NCBI GenBank assembly: GCA_951406725.2
Contig: OX597825.1
Location: forward strand, 67,580,001-67,644,000
Reading direction: 5' to 3'
Length of the DNA: 64,000 bases
Source of the DNA: Octopus vulgaris
Taxonomy: Eukaryota
Part shown: piece by piece, positions 1 through 12,420 of the stretch
Numbering within the stretch: position 1 is the stretch's first letter
Layout of the letters: each line of letters opens with the position of its first letter
The notes under the pieces: model-generated
The model's database searches: none
Told to the model about the DNA's origin: nothing
The model's input: the letters and a program-made list of their open reading frames with translations, nothing else
Made by a program: the position numbers and the translations under genes

Positions 1-311
1 TGAATTTCCGAATCCTTTTCTACCGGAGCAACTGGTATTTTTACTTGTAGCTCCACTTTCTTTTTACTTTCTTTCTTTGTCGGCCTTTTGTCTTCCTTCC
101 TGCTGACCTTCACAGTTTCTTTTCTCATATCTTCTCTCTTCTTTTTTCTGTTTCTCTGGCGGAGAACCATTCCCTCCACTCCTCCTTCTCTTGTTTTTTT
201 TACAACAGTCATATCATCATCTGTTTCTTTTGTCTCGACCTGTTCTACCTGGTCTCCGCTCTTAAACAGGCAATCATAGCTTCCATAAACGAATTGATTT
301 CGAGCAAGAGT
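1..311 (-). other. Stop-free charged (K/E/R-rich) reading frame running off the window edge; possible retroelement ORF1 start or exon
   Basis: Minus frame reads YGSYDCLFKSGDQVEQVETKETDDDMTVVKKTREGG...KKKVELQVKIPVAPVEKDSEI with no stop from 311 to 1; no recognisable domain. Confidence 0.25.
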
Positions 312-343
312 TTAAGGGAGCGCATCTCAAGCCGAGCAGTTAT

Positions 344-388
344 TCTGTTCTGATGAAGAGAAATAACCAGAAACCATTGGTACGCAGG
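344..388 (+). ncRNA. Type I hammerhead ribozyme-like motif, copy 1 of a direct repeat
   Basis: tctgtt-CTGATGA-agagaaataacca-GAA-ACCattGGT-A-cgcagg; stems I and II imperfect. Confidence 0.55.
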
Positions 389-696
389 TATTGCTTTGAG
401 CTAAGTGGGGACACTAAAGTCACTTGTTCGAAAATATAAGTACACAACTATTGTGTCATACAGCTAGGTGGAAACGATGTTTCCTCGGGCTAAATAACAG
501 TAACAATCATCTTGAACGGGACTTCCACATTATGTTGGCAAATAATCTTACTCTAGAGTACTGTTACTGAATGTCTCTCGTTCAGAGATTTAGAAATAAT
601 AATTTTTTATTTATTAGCTTAGTGACTGTGTGTCACTTTGAAAAATATATATTTCGAACAAGAGTCTAGTGGCACCATCTCTAGCCAAGCAGTTAT

Positions 697-742
697 TCTG
701 TGCTGATGAAGGGAACTAACCTAGAAAGCATTGGTGTGCAGA
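697..742 (+). ncRNA. Degenerate hammerhead motif, copy 2 of the direct repeat
   Basis: tctgtg-CTGATGA-agggaactaaccta-GAA-AGCattGGT-G-tgcaga; flanks duplicated with 330-420 and 562-600. Confidence 0.45.
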
Positions 743-1256
743 TATTGCTCTGAGCTGAGTGGGGACACTAAACTGTTACTGAATGTATTTCGTTCAGAGA
801 TTTAGAAATAATTATTATTGTATCTTGTCGTATACTGTCCACTGTCCACTTTTTGTTGCCAAACACTGGCCGCTTGCTTCTTGAAGTTCACAAACGTCCT
901 ACACTGGGATCTCCCGATCATATGTGCATATTGATATAGCTAGACAGATAGACAGACAGATATCACTGTAGAAAAGAAAAGACGGTAATTACACTGACTT
1001 TAGAAATGCCCCACAATTTTCAAAACTAGGCAGAATTTCTGCCAGTAATTTTTAGTCCAAATTAGTAAAATTTTATTTATCTAAGAATATAATACCTAAC
1101 CTAGTAATTGTTTCGTGACACAGATTGAAAATAGGAATCCAAATGTAGTCATGAAGGGGGAACATGAGTAGTAGTGAAAGGCAGATGTCTAAGACGCTGG
1201 AAGGATTGTAGGATGAGGGTTGAGGAAGGATTTACATTACTGTTGGTGAATAATGA

Positions 1257-1760
1257 AAGTTTTGGATGCTCGAAGTAAAAGTGTGAATGAAATGCTTTAG
1301 GACACGCACGATAAAATGAACTGAAAATAAACGACATGATTTACGATATACTTGTGTAAATGGAAATAGATTCAAATCTTTACCGTGTAGATTTTTAAAT
1401 GTTCGTGTTTGTATTTTTAGACATGTAGATATTTATTTTAACCCCTTAAACGCGTAATTTAGTTTCAAGGTTGCTACCGTACTAATATTAATTATCCCCT
1501 AAAATATACAAGGTTTGGATGCTCGAAGTAAAAGTGCGACTGAAATGCTTTAGGACACGCATGATAAGGTGAATTGAAAATAAATTACATGTTTTAAGAT
1601 ATCCTTATGTAAATGGAAATAGATTCAAATCTTTTCCGTGTAGGTTTTAAATGTTCGTGTCTGTATTTTTAGACACGTAGATATTTATCTTAACCCCTTA
1701 AAGGCGTAATTTAGTTTCATGCTGGCTCCTGTACTAATATTAATTATCCCCTAAAATATA
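1257..1760. repeat. Tandem duplication, 2 x ~253 bp
   Basis: tttggatgctcgaagtaaaagtg...taattatcccctaaaatata starts at 1261 and 1514. Confidence 0.9.
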
Positions 1761-2147
1761 GAATTGGTATTTTCTGAATGTTACGTTACCACTACTAAAC
1801 TTTACATACTTCAAGAAAATATATTTTCAAATATAACATTCCTCAATAAAAGACAGACTGATGTGTAAAACTGCTTCCCGCAATTATGTTTAATAAAATT
1901 TCGAGTGGATAAGTCTTTTTTTCCATAGTAAATAGGTTAAATATAAATTTTTAAACATAGAAAGTTCCTACATGTGACAGAAGATTAACGAGATTATTTT
2001 TCTTTTTCTACATCTTCTGGGAAGTAGGGTCGGCAGGCATATTTCATATAACGGGAAGCTTTATGAAATTAAACAAAAGACGAAGGCAGGTGGAGTACAA
2101 ACAAACAATTGTATTAGTATGGCGCTCAGGAATATAAATAAAACAAG

Positions 2148-2185
2148 TCTTTTACGTTTCGAGCCTACGCTCTTCAACAGAAAGA
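2148..2185 (-). ncRNA. Ultra-minimal HHR-like motif (CUGUUGA core) within a ~200-bp dispersed repeat (2045-2240)
   Basis: Minus strand tcttt-CTGTTGA-a-gagc gtag gctc-GAA-ACGT-A-aaaga; three other copies in the window. Confidence 0.55.
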
Positions 2186-2540
2186 TACACAGAAAAGAAA
2201 CAAGGAGAGAAAAAAAATGCGTGCAGAAGCTAGCGATTCAACATATATACACTAACTTTTCGTTGTAACCATTTCTTGCTAACGCCACATTTAGTGTGAC
2301 GCTATCAAAATTCTTTTTAATGATATACTAAGGATTTTTCTGCTAAAGATGCTTAATAAATTTCTAAATATAACAGGGGAAGGCTCGAATTTTTATAGAT
2401 ATATACGGTACCCATGTTAGTGTTTCTATAAACATAGTATTTATCCATCCTAAAATTTACAGCATGTTCAAGAAGTCTACTGTAGTTAGATTCTGGGTGA
2501 AGATAGATAGATAGATAGATAGATGGATAGATAGATAGAT

Positions 2541-3547
2541 ATGTTTCTTTATTAGCCACACAGGGCTGCACACAGATAGAACAAATTACAAGGTAGAGCT
2601 TTTCTTTTGAAGGTTTAAGAAAAAAAAAAAAAAAAAAAAAAAAGGAAGGGGGAGTTTCGATCAAAAGGGATCGTAAAAGGAGAGAAAGAGGACAAAAAAA
2701 GGGGGTTTAAAAAAAGGTGGGGAGGAAAAAAAATTGATCAATAGGGATCGTTATCACAGAAATGTCAATATGAAGTGTAAAGGGGAGGACAGGTGAGGTT
2801 TACCCGTGCAAAGAAAAGCCTACGGAAAAGACCACGGTAACCTCGGTCAATGATGTCACATTTTATATTTCTTTTTTTTTTTTTTGCAAATAAGCAACTC
2901 TCTGTTTTCGATTTCTGGGTTCATAGGACTATGCTCAAGGTGGCTTCGTCATTCATACGTACCATTCTTGCTACATTCACCCATCTTTTTTTAAAACATT
3001 CGCTAGACAAAACTTGCCTCTCTACTCTCACTTTCCTTTTCAAGTGGTACTTGAAGAAGTTGATGAGAGATTGACCAGAGAGGAAAGTGTTTGTCTCCAA
3101 TCCTTTCAGACGCGTCCACCAGATACATTCTTTCGCCATAGCCACAAGGATGATGAAAATAGCTCTTCCTTCCCGTTTGAAGGAAGGAGGCGTGACAATA
3201 TTGACGATAGACTCAGCTGATAAACCGACTCGTCCCACACGTGACAGCAGTTGTTCGACATAAGCCCACAGGTCGGAAATTGTTGGACACTGAACGAGTG
3301 CGTGCAGAACGGTTTCGTCGTTCTGACCGCATCTCGGGCAGGTCGGCCCCGTGTTTCTCGAGCCGTGTCTGTAGAGCTTATCCCGAACGGGTAGCGCTTC
3401 TCGGTAGCACTGCCAGGCCAGGGATCTCTGGAAGTTGTCCATGGGCCCTGGCCCGAAAGTCGTCCTGAACAGGCGGGTCAGGTACTCCTCGTCGACGTCC
3501 AGGTTCGCCCCGAGCTCGTCGTCGTACCTCCCTCCACTAAACCCCTA
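2541..3547 (-). mobile_element. 5'-truncated Tx1/L1-clade non-LTR retrotransposon (ORF2 C-terminus with zf-RVT plus 3' UTR)
   Basis: ORF 2921-3442 has ALPVRDKL...CPRCGQNDETVLHALVQC and ECIWWTR motifs; AATAAA near 2550 on minus; (GATA)n on both sides. Confidence 0.85.
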
Positions 3548-3615
3548 TAGATAGATAGATAGATAGATACGTAGATAGATAGATACGTAGGTAGAGAGAT
3601 AGATAGATAGACAGG

Positions 3616-3709
<94 letters not shown>

Positions 3710-3710
3710 T
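3548..3710. repeat. (GATA)n microsatellite
   Basis: Directly visible; further tracts at 2500-2540, 7363-7425 and 34382-34578. Confidence 0.95.
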
Positions 3711-4178
3711 GCATGCATACACATACCTATACATATATAGCTAGATAAGGAATGATTTGAGCAATTTAAATATTTTTGCTTATTTTACGCACACCGAACA
3801 GAAATTAATTCTAATCCACTATATTATATGTCAAGAAGTAGTGGATGGAGTTTAGGAAACCGACTGAAATCAATAGAAAAACGACAACAAATTCAATTTG
3901 TTAAAGTGACACATATCGAGTCGCACACGCCTGTGTCCATACGTTAAGTTAAAATCATACATAAAAATAACTACAATGGCAGCCAGAGTAAATCGCGCGC
4001 GCACACACGCACAAACACACACAAACAAGCGCTCACACAAATGTGCTAACAGAGGCAATTTATTAAATGTAGAAATATACGAAATCTTGTAGTGTAAAGC
4101 ATAATGGTTAGTACCTAGAAACTCGCGTATAAAGCATATGAGTGCATTCATATATTTACAAATATACATGTAGTTATA

Positions 4179-4245
<67 letters not shown>

Positions 4246-4481
4246 AAGATCTAAGGATCGAGGTGTAGGAAGGAGGTGAGGTTCAAGAAATCCGTAGAAA
4301 ATATTAAAAAAAACAACTTTCAGGATCAAAAAATGGTTTATTGGTGCGGAAGGTTGTGGATTTTTTCGCATCGAAGTACGATAAGCTAAAAAAATTGTTT
4401 TATACTTCACGATTGGCAGCCAGGTTTGCCAGGTATGCGAATAAAAATACGACAGTTAAGGAATCGAGTAGAGAAAGACAA

Positions 4482-4563
4482 GGCTACATGTTTCATAGCG
4501 AGTGGAACCTCGGAAGCGGTAAATATCCAAGCGAGGTATATACCGCAGGCAACTCGTCAGGCC
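4482..4563 (-). ncRNA. Type I HHR-like motif with long stem II
   Basis: Minus ggc-CTGACGA-gttgc..(gcggtatata/tatttaccgc hairpin)..gctat-GAA-ACATGT-A-gcc. Confidence 0.55.
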
Positions 4564-4711
4564 AAGGATATCTTCTGACCGAATCTTCCATATGTTAACA
4601 TGTACCTCATTACGACAGGTATAGAGCTCACTTGGCTATTCAAAACTTCCGGGGTTCAGCTCGCAATCGAGCATATATAACCTGGATTTTATCAACTCCA
4701 TTCTTAACTCA

Positions 4712-4850
4712 CGCGGGGGTGATGAAAATTTCTCAGCTTTAGGGTACTGTGAAAGGCCTGGTTGGAATCCCAACCTTCCGAGTTCTTTTACCGGAGTTTA
4801 GTAAACCTGAAAGAGTGCTGCAATAAACGTGTGAGAAGGGAATAATACGA
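4712..4850 (+). mobile_element. Mariner-derived MITE-like remnant
   Basis: TIR-like cgcgggggtgatgaaaatttctcagct, then [18 protein letters not shown] resembling a mariner transposase C-terminus. Confidence 0.35.
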
Positions 4851-4916
4851 ATTTTTATATCTATATATATACACCACCTGCCTTCGTCTTTTGTTTATTT
4901 TCATAAACTTTCCCTT

Positions 4917-5007
<91 letters not shown>

Positions 5008-5113
5008 CATACATACATATATATCTATGCATACATACATATATACATATATATATATGTATATATATATTTATATAATACTAAGATGGGACAAGAACGC
5101 AAAACATCCTGAC

Positions 5114-5160
<47 letters not shown>

Positions 5161-5161
<1 letters not shown>

Positions 5162-5282
5162 CGCCGTGATCACCGTGACCGAACAGGCTATCGGATGTTG
5201 CTACACATTGCTGGCCACAATGCGCTTCTCGTTGTTTTAGCGTTCAAATGACGCCACCCCGCTGACTAAGCGAGCAGGCCAA
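5161..5282 (-). mobile_element. SINE family D 3' tail fragment
   Basis: Reverse complement matches 62068-62180. Confidence 0.7.
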
Positions 5283-5299
5283 TATATATATACATTAGC

Positions 5300-5675
5300 T
5301 TCATCCAAGACTGGGACCACGGGCCATGCGTCCCCTGCCCAATTCAAGATCACAGCATATATGTACACTGCAACATAATTTCTTTTCCTCAACAGGCCCT
5401 GCCCTATTTAACATTGTCCCGAAAGAGATCAAAGAGGAAAAGGATCCCATCAACTTTAAACGGAGTCTGGATAGATTCCTTCAAGGAATACCAGATAAGC
5501 CACCCATAATTGGATACAACTCACCCAACAAAAACTCACTACTTGAATGGACCATAAACAAAACTTGCCTTAAACAGGGTTTAGATAATCCTATCAGGTG
5601 GTGCTATTAAGTTAGACATGGCCTGAACCAATCTTTGGTCGAAACATATCTAAGTTTTATCTAAGTCTAAGTTTT
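5300..5675 (+). mobile_element. 3' fragment of a CR1-group LINE, sister subfamily of the 36-40 kb element
   Basis: HPRLGPRAMRP...GPALFNIVPKEIK...FKRSLDRFLQGIPDKPP...NSLLEW aligns with the ORF2 end at 39826-40075; shared 3' UTR caggtggtgctattaagttagacatggcctg. Confidence 0.9.
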
Positions 5676-5692
5676 ATATATATATGTATATA

Positions 5693-5880
5693 TATAAAAT
5701 ATTATTAGAGACAAAACCACTATTTTGCAAAACAAACAAGGAAAGACTTAATCAATACATAAAATTTTAATAAATAGTCAAAATAGTTTTTTTGACTATT
5801 TATTAAAATGTTATGTATTGATTAAGTCTTTCCTTGTTTGTTTTGCAAAATAGTGGTTTTGTCTCTAATAATATTTTATA
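5693..5880. repeat. Fold-back inverted repeat (~91-bp arms, short loop); Penelope-like terminus
   Basis: Arms near-perfectly complementary around ~5786; arm sequence recurs at 56015-56085 beside an HHR. Confidence 0.9.
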
Positions 5881-6359
5881 ATATTTTACTATAAAATTGG
5901 ATTTAATCCTAAATCTGATTTTTTTTCCCTGTAAATTTGGATTTATTCCCTAATATTTATTATGTATATATATATATATACTTGTAGAATATATACTTGT
6001 AGAAATTCAAGTTATAACTCTTCAGCTAAATAAGCACATATTTACAAGAAATCCCACAGATGCATATCTTGATACCTTCACCCTGGAATATGTGCGTGTA
6101 TGTTGAAAGGACTCTCTTGTCTGTAATAGCAAAATCATAAATAAAAACTTAAAGAATTTAAGGATATTTAAATACAAAGAACACGTAGAGGAATTTTTTA
6201 AAATTCAAGTCTGTTGATATTTTTATACACAAATGATATGAAACTCTTTCAAAGAGCATTCACAAAATGTAAACATATGTATGCATACACAAACATATTC
6301 AAATATATATACGTAAATACACGTATATACATATATATTTACTGGTATATATATGTAAA

Positions 6360-6600
6360 GTGCTTAGTGGTTAGGGTGTTGTGTTGTGATCTTGTCTTGA
6401 GCAAAGTGCTTCGTTTCACGTTGGTCTGCGATCGTTTTGACATCTGACACGTGGCACCCAGTTGCACCTGTACAGGTAATGTCGATTTGATGGAGGGTGT
6501 TTACAAAAACATTTAATCACTATAAACAAATCATCTGTGAGGTTGTTCGGTGAGAAATTGTCGAACATTCATACGTCATTTAACGACGGGAGAGTTCGTT
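6360..6600 (+). mobile_element. Diverged tRNA-derived SINE (family C-like)
   Basis: gcttagtggttagggtgtt head and cttgagcaaagtgcttcgtttcacgttg, similar to 18290-18400. Confidence 0.5.
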
Positions 6601-6699
6601 ATATATACATACATAGATACATATGCAAAGATCTCTATTATTTTTCTGTATATATTGACATACACACGCACATACACATTGTTTTTAAATTTTTGACAC

Positions 6700-7027
6700 T
6701 AGGCTGGCAAGTTCTTGGGAGGAGTCAAGTGGAATATATCTACCCTATTGGTGTTCTTTTCACCCCGAAATGATGAAAGGCAAAGTGTTGGAATATGAAC
6801 TCTGAACGTAAAGACGGAGAGAATGCTTCTAAGCATTGCCCGTCGCTAAGTCGATTACATCGACCCCAGTGCGTAACTGGTACTTAATTTATCGACCCCT
6901 TTCATCCTTTCGGGGTCGATAAATTAAGTACCAGTTTCGCACTGGGGTCGATGTAATCGACTTAATACCTATGTCTGTCCTTGTTTGTCCCCTCTATGTT
7001 TAGCCCCTTGTGGGTAGTAAAGAAATA
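6700..7027. mobile_element. SINE family B pieces, including a 53-bp fold-back (6847-6899 vs 6912-6964)
   Basis: cctttcatcctttcggggtcgataaattaagtaccag core shared with 45201-45428. Confidence 0.8.
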
Positions 7028-7077
7028 GCTAACTACTCTACCAGCTGGCTCACCGCCTTTATTAAAACATACATGTA

Positions 7078-7142
7078 TGGTGCTATTAAGTTAGACATGG
7101 CCTGGGCCAATAATGGCCGAAACCTATCAAAGTATCAAAGTA
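7078..7142 (+). mobile_element. 65-bp extreme 3' end of the CR1-group LINE
   Basis: Matches 40115-40178 (tggtgctattaagttagacatggcctgggccaataatggccgaaacctatcaaagtatcaaagt). Confidence 0.9.
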
Positions 7143-7361
7143 TATATATGTCTGTGTGTGTGTGTGCTTGTATGAATGTATGTATACATGTGTTCATGAA
7201 TATGTGTATGTGTGTGTATATATATATATGTGTGTGTGTGTACATATGCATGTATGTATGAATGATTGAATGCATATATATATTACATATATATACATAT
7301 ACATATACACACACACAAACATATATATATATATATATTATATATATATAGAGAGAGAGAG

Positions 7362-7425
<64 letters not shown>

Positions 7426-7439
7426 GTACATATTCATTT

Positions 7440-7773
7440 ATTTTTTTATTTGTTTCAGGCGTTTGGCTGCGGCTATGCATGAGCCTTATTCTTTGTAACC
7501 CTAGTACTTATTCTATCGGTCTAAGTTGCAGGGACGTAAAGACACAAGCACCGGTTATCAAGCGATGATGGTGAGGGGACAAACATACACGCACATACGT
7601 AAATATGTACATATATACGACGGGCTTCTTTCAGTTTCCGTCTACCAAATCCTCCCACAAGGCTTTGGTCGACCCGAGGCTATAATAGAAGACACTTGCC
7701 CAAGGTTCCACGCAGTGGGACTGAACCTAACCATGTGGTTTGTAAGCAAGCTACTTACCACACAGCCACTCCT
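7440..7773 (-). mobile_element. tRNA-derived SINE family A (internally deleted)
   Basis: Matches the family consensus seen at 51092-51498. Confidence 0.85.
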
Positions 7774-7820
7774 AGACATATACATATATATATATGTACA
7801 CACACATACATATGAATATA

Positions 7821-8058
7821 TACTCTTTACTCTTTTACTCTTTTACTTGTTTCAGTCATTTTGACTGCGGCCATGCTGGAGCACCGCCTTTTAGTCGAGC
7901 AAATCGACCCCGGGACTTATTCTTTGTAAGCCCAGTACTTATTCTATCGGTTTCTTTTGCCGAACCGCTAAGTGACGGGGACGTAAATACACCAGCACCG
8001 GTTGTCAAGCAATACTAGGGGGACAAACACACACACACAAACACACAAACATACACAT

Positions 8059-8099
<41 letters not shown>

Positions 8100-8253
8100 T
8101 ACGACAGGCTTCTTTCAGTTTCCCTCTACCAAATCCACTCACAAGGCATTGGTCGGCCCGGGGCTATAGCAGAAGACACTTGCCCAAGATGCCACGCAGT
8201 GGGACTGAACCCGGAACCATGTGATTGGTTAGCAAGCTACTTACCACACAGCC
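7821..8253 (-). mobile_element. tRNA-derived SINE family A, near full length
   Basis: Head with A/B-box-like tggctgtgtggtaag...gggttcagtccc, internal (TA)/(TG) tract, (GAGTAAAA)n tail. Confidence 0.9.
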
Positions 8254-9372
8254 TACATTATATTACATTATATTATATTATAAAGATATATTAGCCAATT
8301 TGGGCTAAATACCCACTCCTTTCTTTAAACATATTACTTTAGACAACTTCATCTCTCTCCCTACATGCAGCCTTCGACTCTAATCATATATAAGAAATGA
8401 AATGATGGATTGATCAAGGATAAAACGACCTGAGACCAGTATTCTCAGACCTGTCTATCATAGCAGTAGTTTAGACGTAGTAACCATTCAGAGAAATCTT
8501 TATCGATTACCATTCTCATGGGAAAGTAGTGAGTTGTATGTCATACTAGATTTATTTTTGTAACTGATACCTCCGAGTTGAAATATCAACTTTTCATCAT
8601 ATTGCAACGGGCTATAGAAATCGTGATCATTAGAAGGAAATTTTCTTTCTTCCCTGACACATCTCGGTACGGCTTCGCTAGCTACATTGCTTTAGTTGTT
8701 TAGCATTTACTCAATAACATTGCCACAACAGTGACATTTATAAATCGTGGCCTAAATTGTATGCAGTAATTGAATGGAATTTTTAGTGGTTTAGCTTGTA
8801 ATGTGTTTCTCATGCTACACCAGGTGCAATCTGCCAAGTCATAAGTTTTCCTGCTTTCAACACAATCTATTCTTGCTATAAAAAGCAAGGATATACATTC
8901 AGCTAAATGCCATAGATGAGGCAGGTATCTGAGATGAGCTTCGTACATACCATGAGGTACGTGCCCCTTATAGCTCTCTATATAGGGTGTAGTAATCTGA
9001 TCTCCTCGTTCGGCTGATTTGATGTAAGCGCCGCTAGACTACCGTGGTAGTCAGTATATTAGTTTGCCTTTAATCAGTCTAGACAGCACAAAGATAATCT
9101 GGTTTGAGACTAACGTAGGATACAGTTTAACTTACCAATGCAGATTATAGCTACACGCGACCAGACCAAAATTAGCTGAAAAGGATCATTACGGAGTACT
9201 ATCCCATAAAACATCCAATTGTCCCATATTACAGATCTCAATTAAAGACAAGCATTTAGATAGGAAATCCGGAGATACTAACCCTCCATATTACGGAGTC
9301 TATTTATACTTACCCAAAGCAAACTCAACTCAAAAGTGTAGAGAACCATACAGCAGATGTTGATGAATACAT

Positions 9373-9443
<71 letters not shown>

Positions 9444-9491
9444 CACATATATACATACACATATATATAAATACATACACACACACACATA

Positions 9492-10503
<1,012 letters not shown>

Positions 10504-10904
10504 TAGTATGGCGATAACTATTAATATCCAGTAACGCTGCCGTAATCTCCTTTAGAGAGACTTAGTAATTTTGATATTTCTATTATTGAAAACAAGTGGA
10601 TGTATTCCACTGTAACTAAGTAAATAAAATCTTCGAACAGACGGTCAGTAGCGACACCTGTTGGTTCTGACTACGCTGCATTGATAAAGGGTAACAACTC
10701 TGAAACATGTCTGCAGATGTCTGACTAGCAAGGTGAAGCGGCTGACCTCCCTGTTCGAAGGTTGTAATGGACGCAGGTTCGTGTGTCATATAGCTAGCTA
10801 GAGGCGATGGCCTCTTGGAGCTAATCAGCGACAGCTTTAGTCTTATATTTATAGACTGCCATATTAGTATGGCGATAACTATTAATATCCAGTAACGCTG
10901 CCGT
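10504..10904 (+). mobile_element. 361-bp unit with identical 40-bp terminal direct repeats containing an HHR (Penelope pLTR or retrozyme-like)
   Basis: tagtatggcgataactattaatatccagtaacgctgccgt at 10504 and 10865; followed by (TA)n. Confidence 0.7.
10676..10716 (+). ncRNA. Type I HHR, U3-A8 core variant
   Basis: ctgca-TTGATAA-agggt aaca actct-GAA-ACATGT-C-tgcag; all three stems pair. Confidence 0.75.
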
Positions 10905-10910
10905 TATATA

Positions 10911-11043
<133 letters not shown>

Positions 11044-11244
11044 TATTACATTAAGGGCTGTTACGAATTAATGTAATAAAGTATTTATAAAAATTATATA
11101 CATTGTATTAATTTTTTACCTTAACTGGTTTTATACGCTGGCTACTTGGTAAAATCTTATATAGATTTTAAACCTAATATTTAATTCACACACACACATA
11201 CACACAAACACACACACACACACATACATATATATATATGTGTG

Positions 11245-11338
<94 letters not shown>

Positions 11339-11364
11339 CACACATATATATATATGTATGATTC

Positions 11365-11506
11365 TTAAAAAGACAACAAACATTAAGGTAAGGCAAACAT
11401 CTCAAGTCGTATACAATATTATTAGTGGAAAAAATAATATTATTATTATAATATTGTATACGACTTGAGATGTTTGCATTGTCTTAATGTTTGCTGTCTT
11501 CTTTAA
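11365..11506. repeat. Imperfect inverted repeat (~55-bp arms)
   Basis: gcaaacatctcaagtcgtatacaatatt vs aatattgtatacgacttgagatgtttgc. Confidence 0.85.
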
Positions 11507-11849
11507 CAATTACATATCCGCTGCATCGGAAATCTGCAATGGCTCCATAACTACCGTCTCGGCTATAAACTTGGAGCCCTAGTAATCTGTTACAACAGTT
11601 ACCTACCGTACCTAATCGTTTAGATCACCTGTGAACTAAACCCCATACTTTGTACACATAAATATACACATATTATAGAAACACACACACACGCGCGCAC
11701 GCATCACACCCATATATTACATTAATAAGTAACAGCCCTTAATTTAATAATTATATGCATTCATGAACTGCAACAGATCCACGGATGTTGCATGCGTAAC
11801 TACGTAGATACAAATTCATTCATATACAATTGCCTATCAGAGCATTCAT

Positions 11850-11903
<54 letters not shown>

Positions 11904-11969
11904 GGGTTAACCACAGTAAATAAGGTACTCAATACATAGCAGAGTAAAATTAATTTATTATATAGAAGG

Positions 11970-12020
11970 AGCTTCTACAGGACTAGAACTGTTTCATTCA
12001 AGAGAAATCTTCAGGAAGCT
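11970..12020 (-). ncRNA. Type I hammerhead ribozyme
   Basis: Minus agcttc-CTGAAGA-tttc tctt gaat-GAA-ACAG ttctagtc CTGT-A-gaagct; 6-bp stem I, 4-bp stem III. Confidence 0.75.
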
Positions 12021-12187
12021 AGTTAACAAGAATTGTATTGGCATTTATACATTTAGGCAGGTTTAAAGGGGTGTTGGTGGGGGACTTTTTGGGGGTAGGC
12101 ATAGCGCAAAATATCATACTTGGGGGAGTGGTCAAGGGGTCAGTGTTAAATTAGATAGAAGAATAAATAGAAAATAAAAAATAAAAA

Positions 12188-12264
<77 letters not shown>

Positions 12265-12382
12265 GATATATATCTGCGTGGATGCATATATACATAGTTG
12301 AAATTTATAGAAAAACAAAAGATGAAGACAGGTGCATGAGCAACAAGCAAGTGTATTAGTTTGACGCTGGAGAATGAAAAGC

Positions 12383-12420
12383 TCGTTTACGTTTCGAGCC
12401 TATGCTCTTCAACAGGAACA
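12383..12420 (-). ncRNA. CUGUUGA-family HHR-like motif (diverged stem I)
   Basis: tttacgtttcgagcctatgctcttcaacag, homologous to 2148-2185 together with flanks 12300-12445. Confidence 0.45.

Noticed and set aside
8700-8948. 82-aa minus-strand ORF in unique-looking DNA
   Set aside because: No recognisable motif or splice context; length expected by chance
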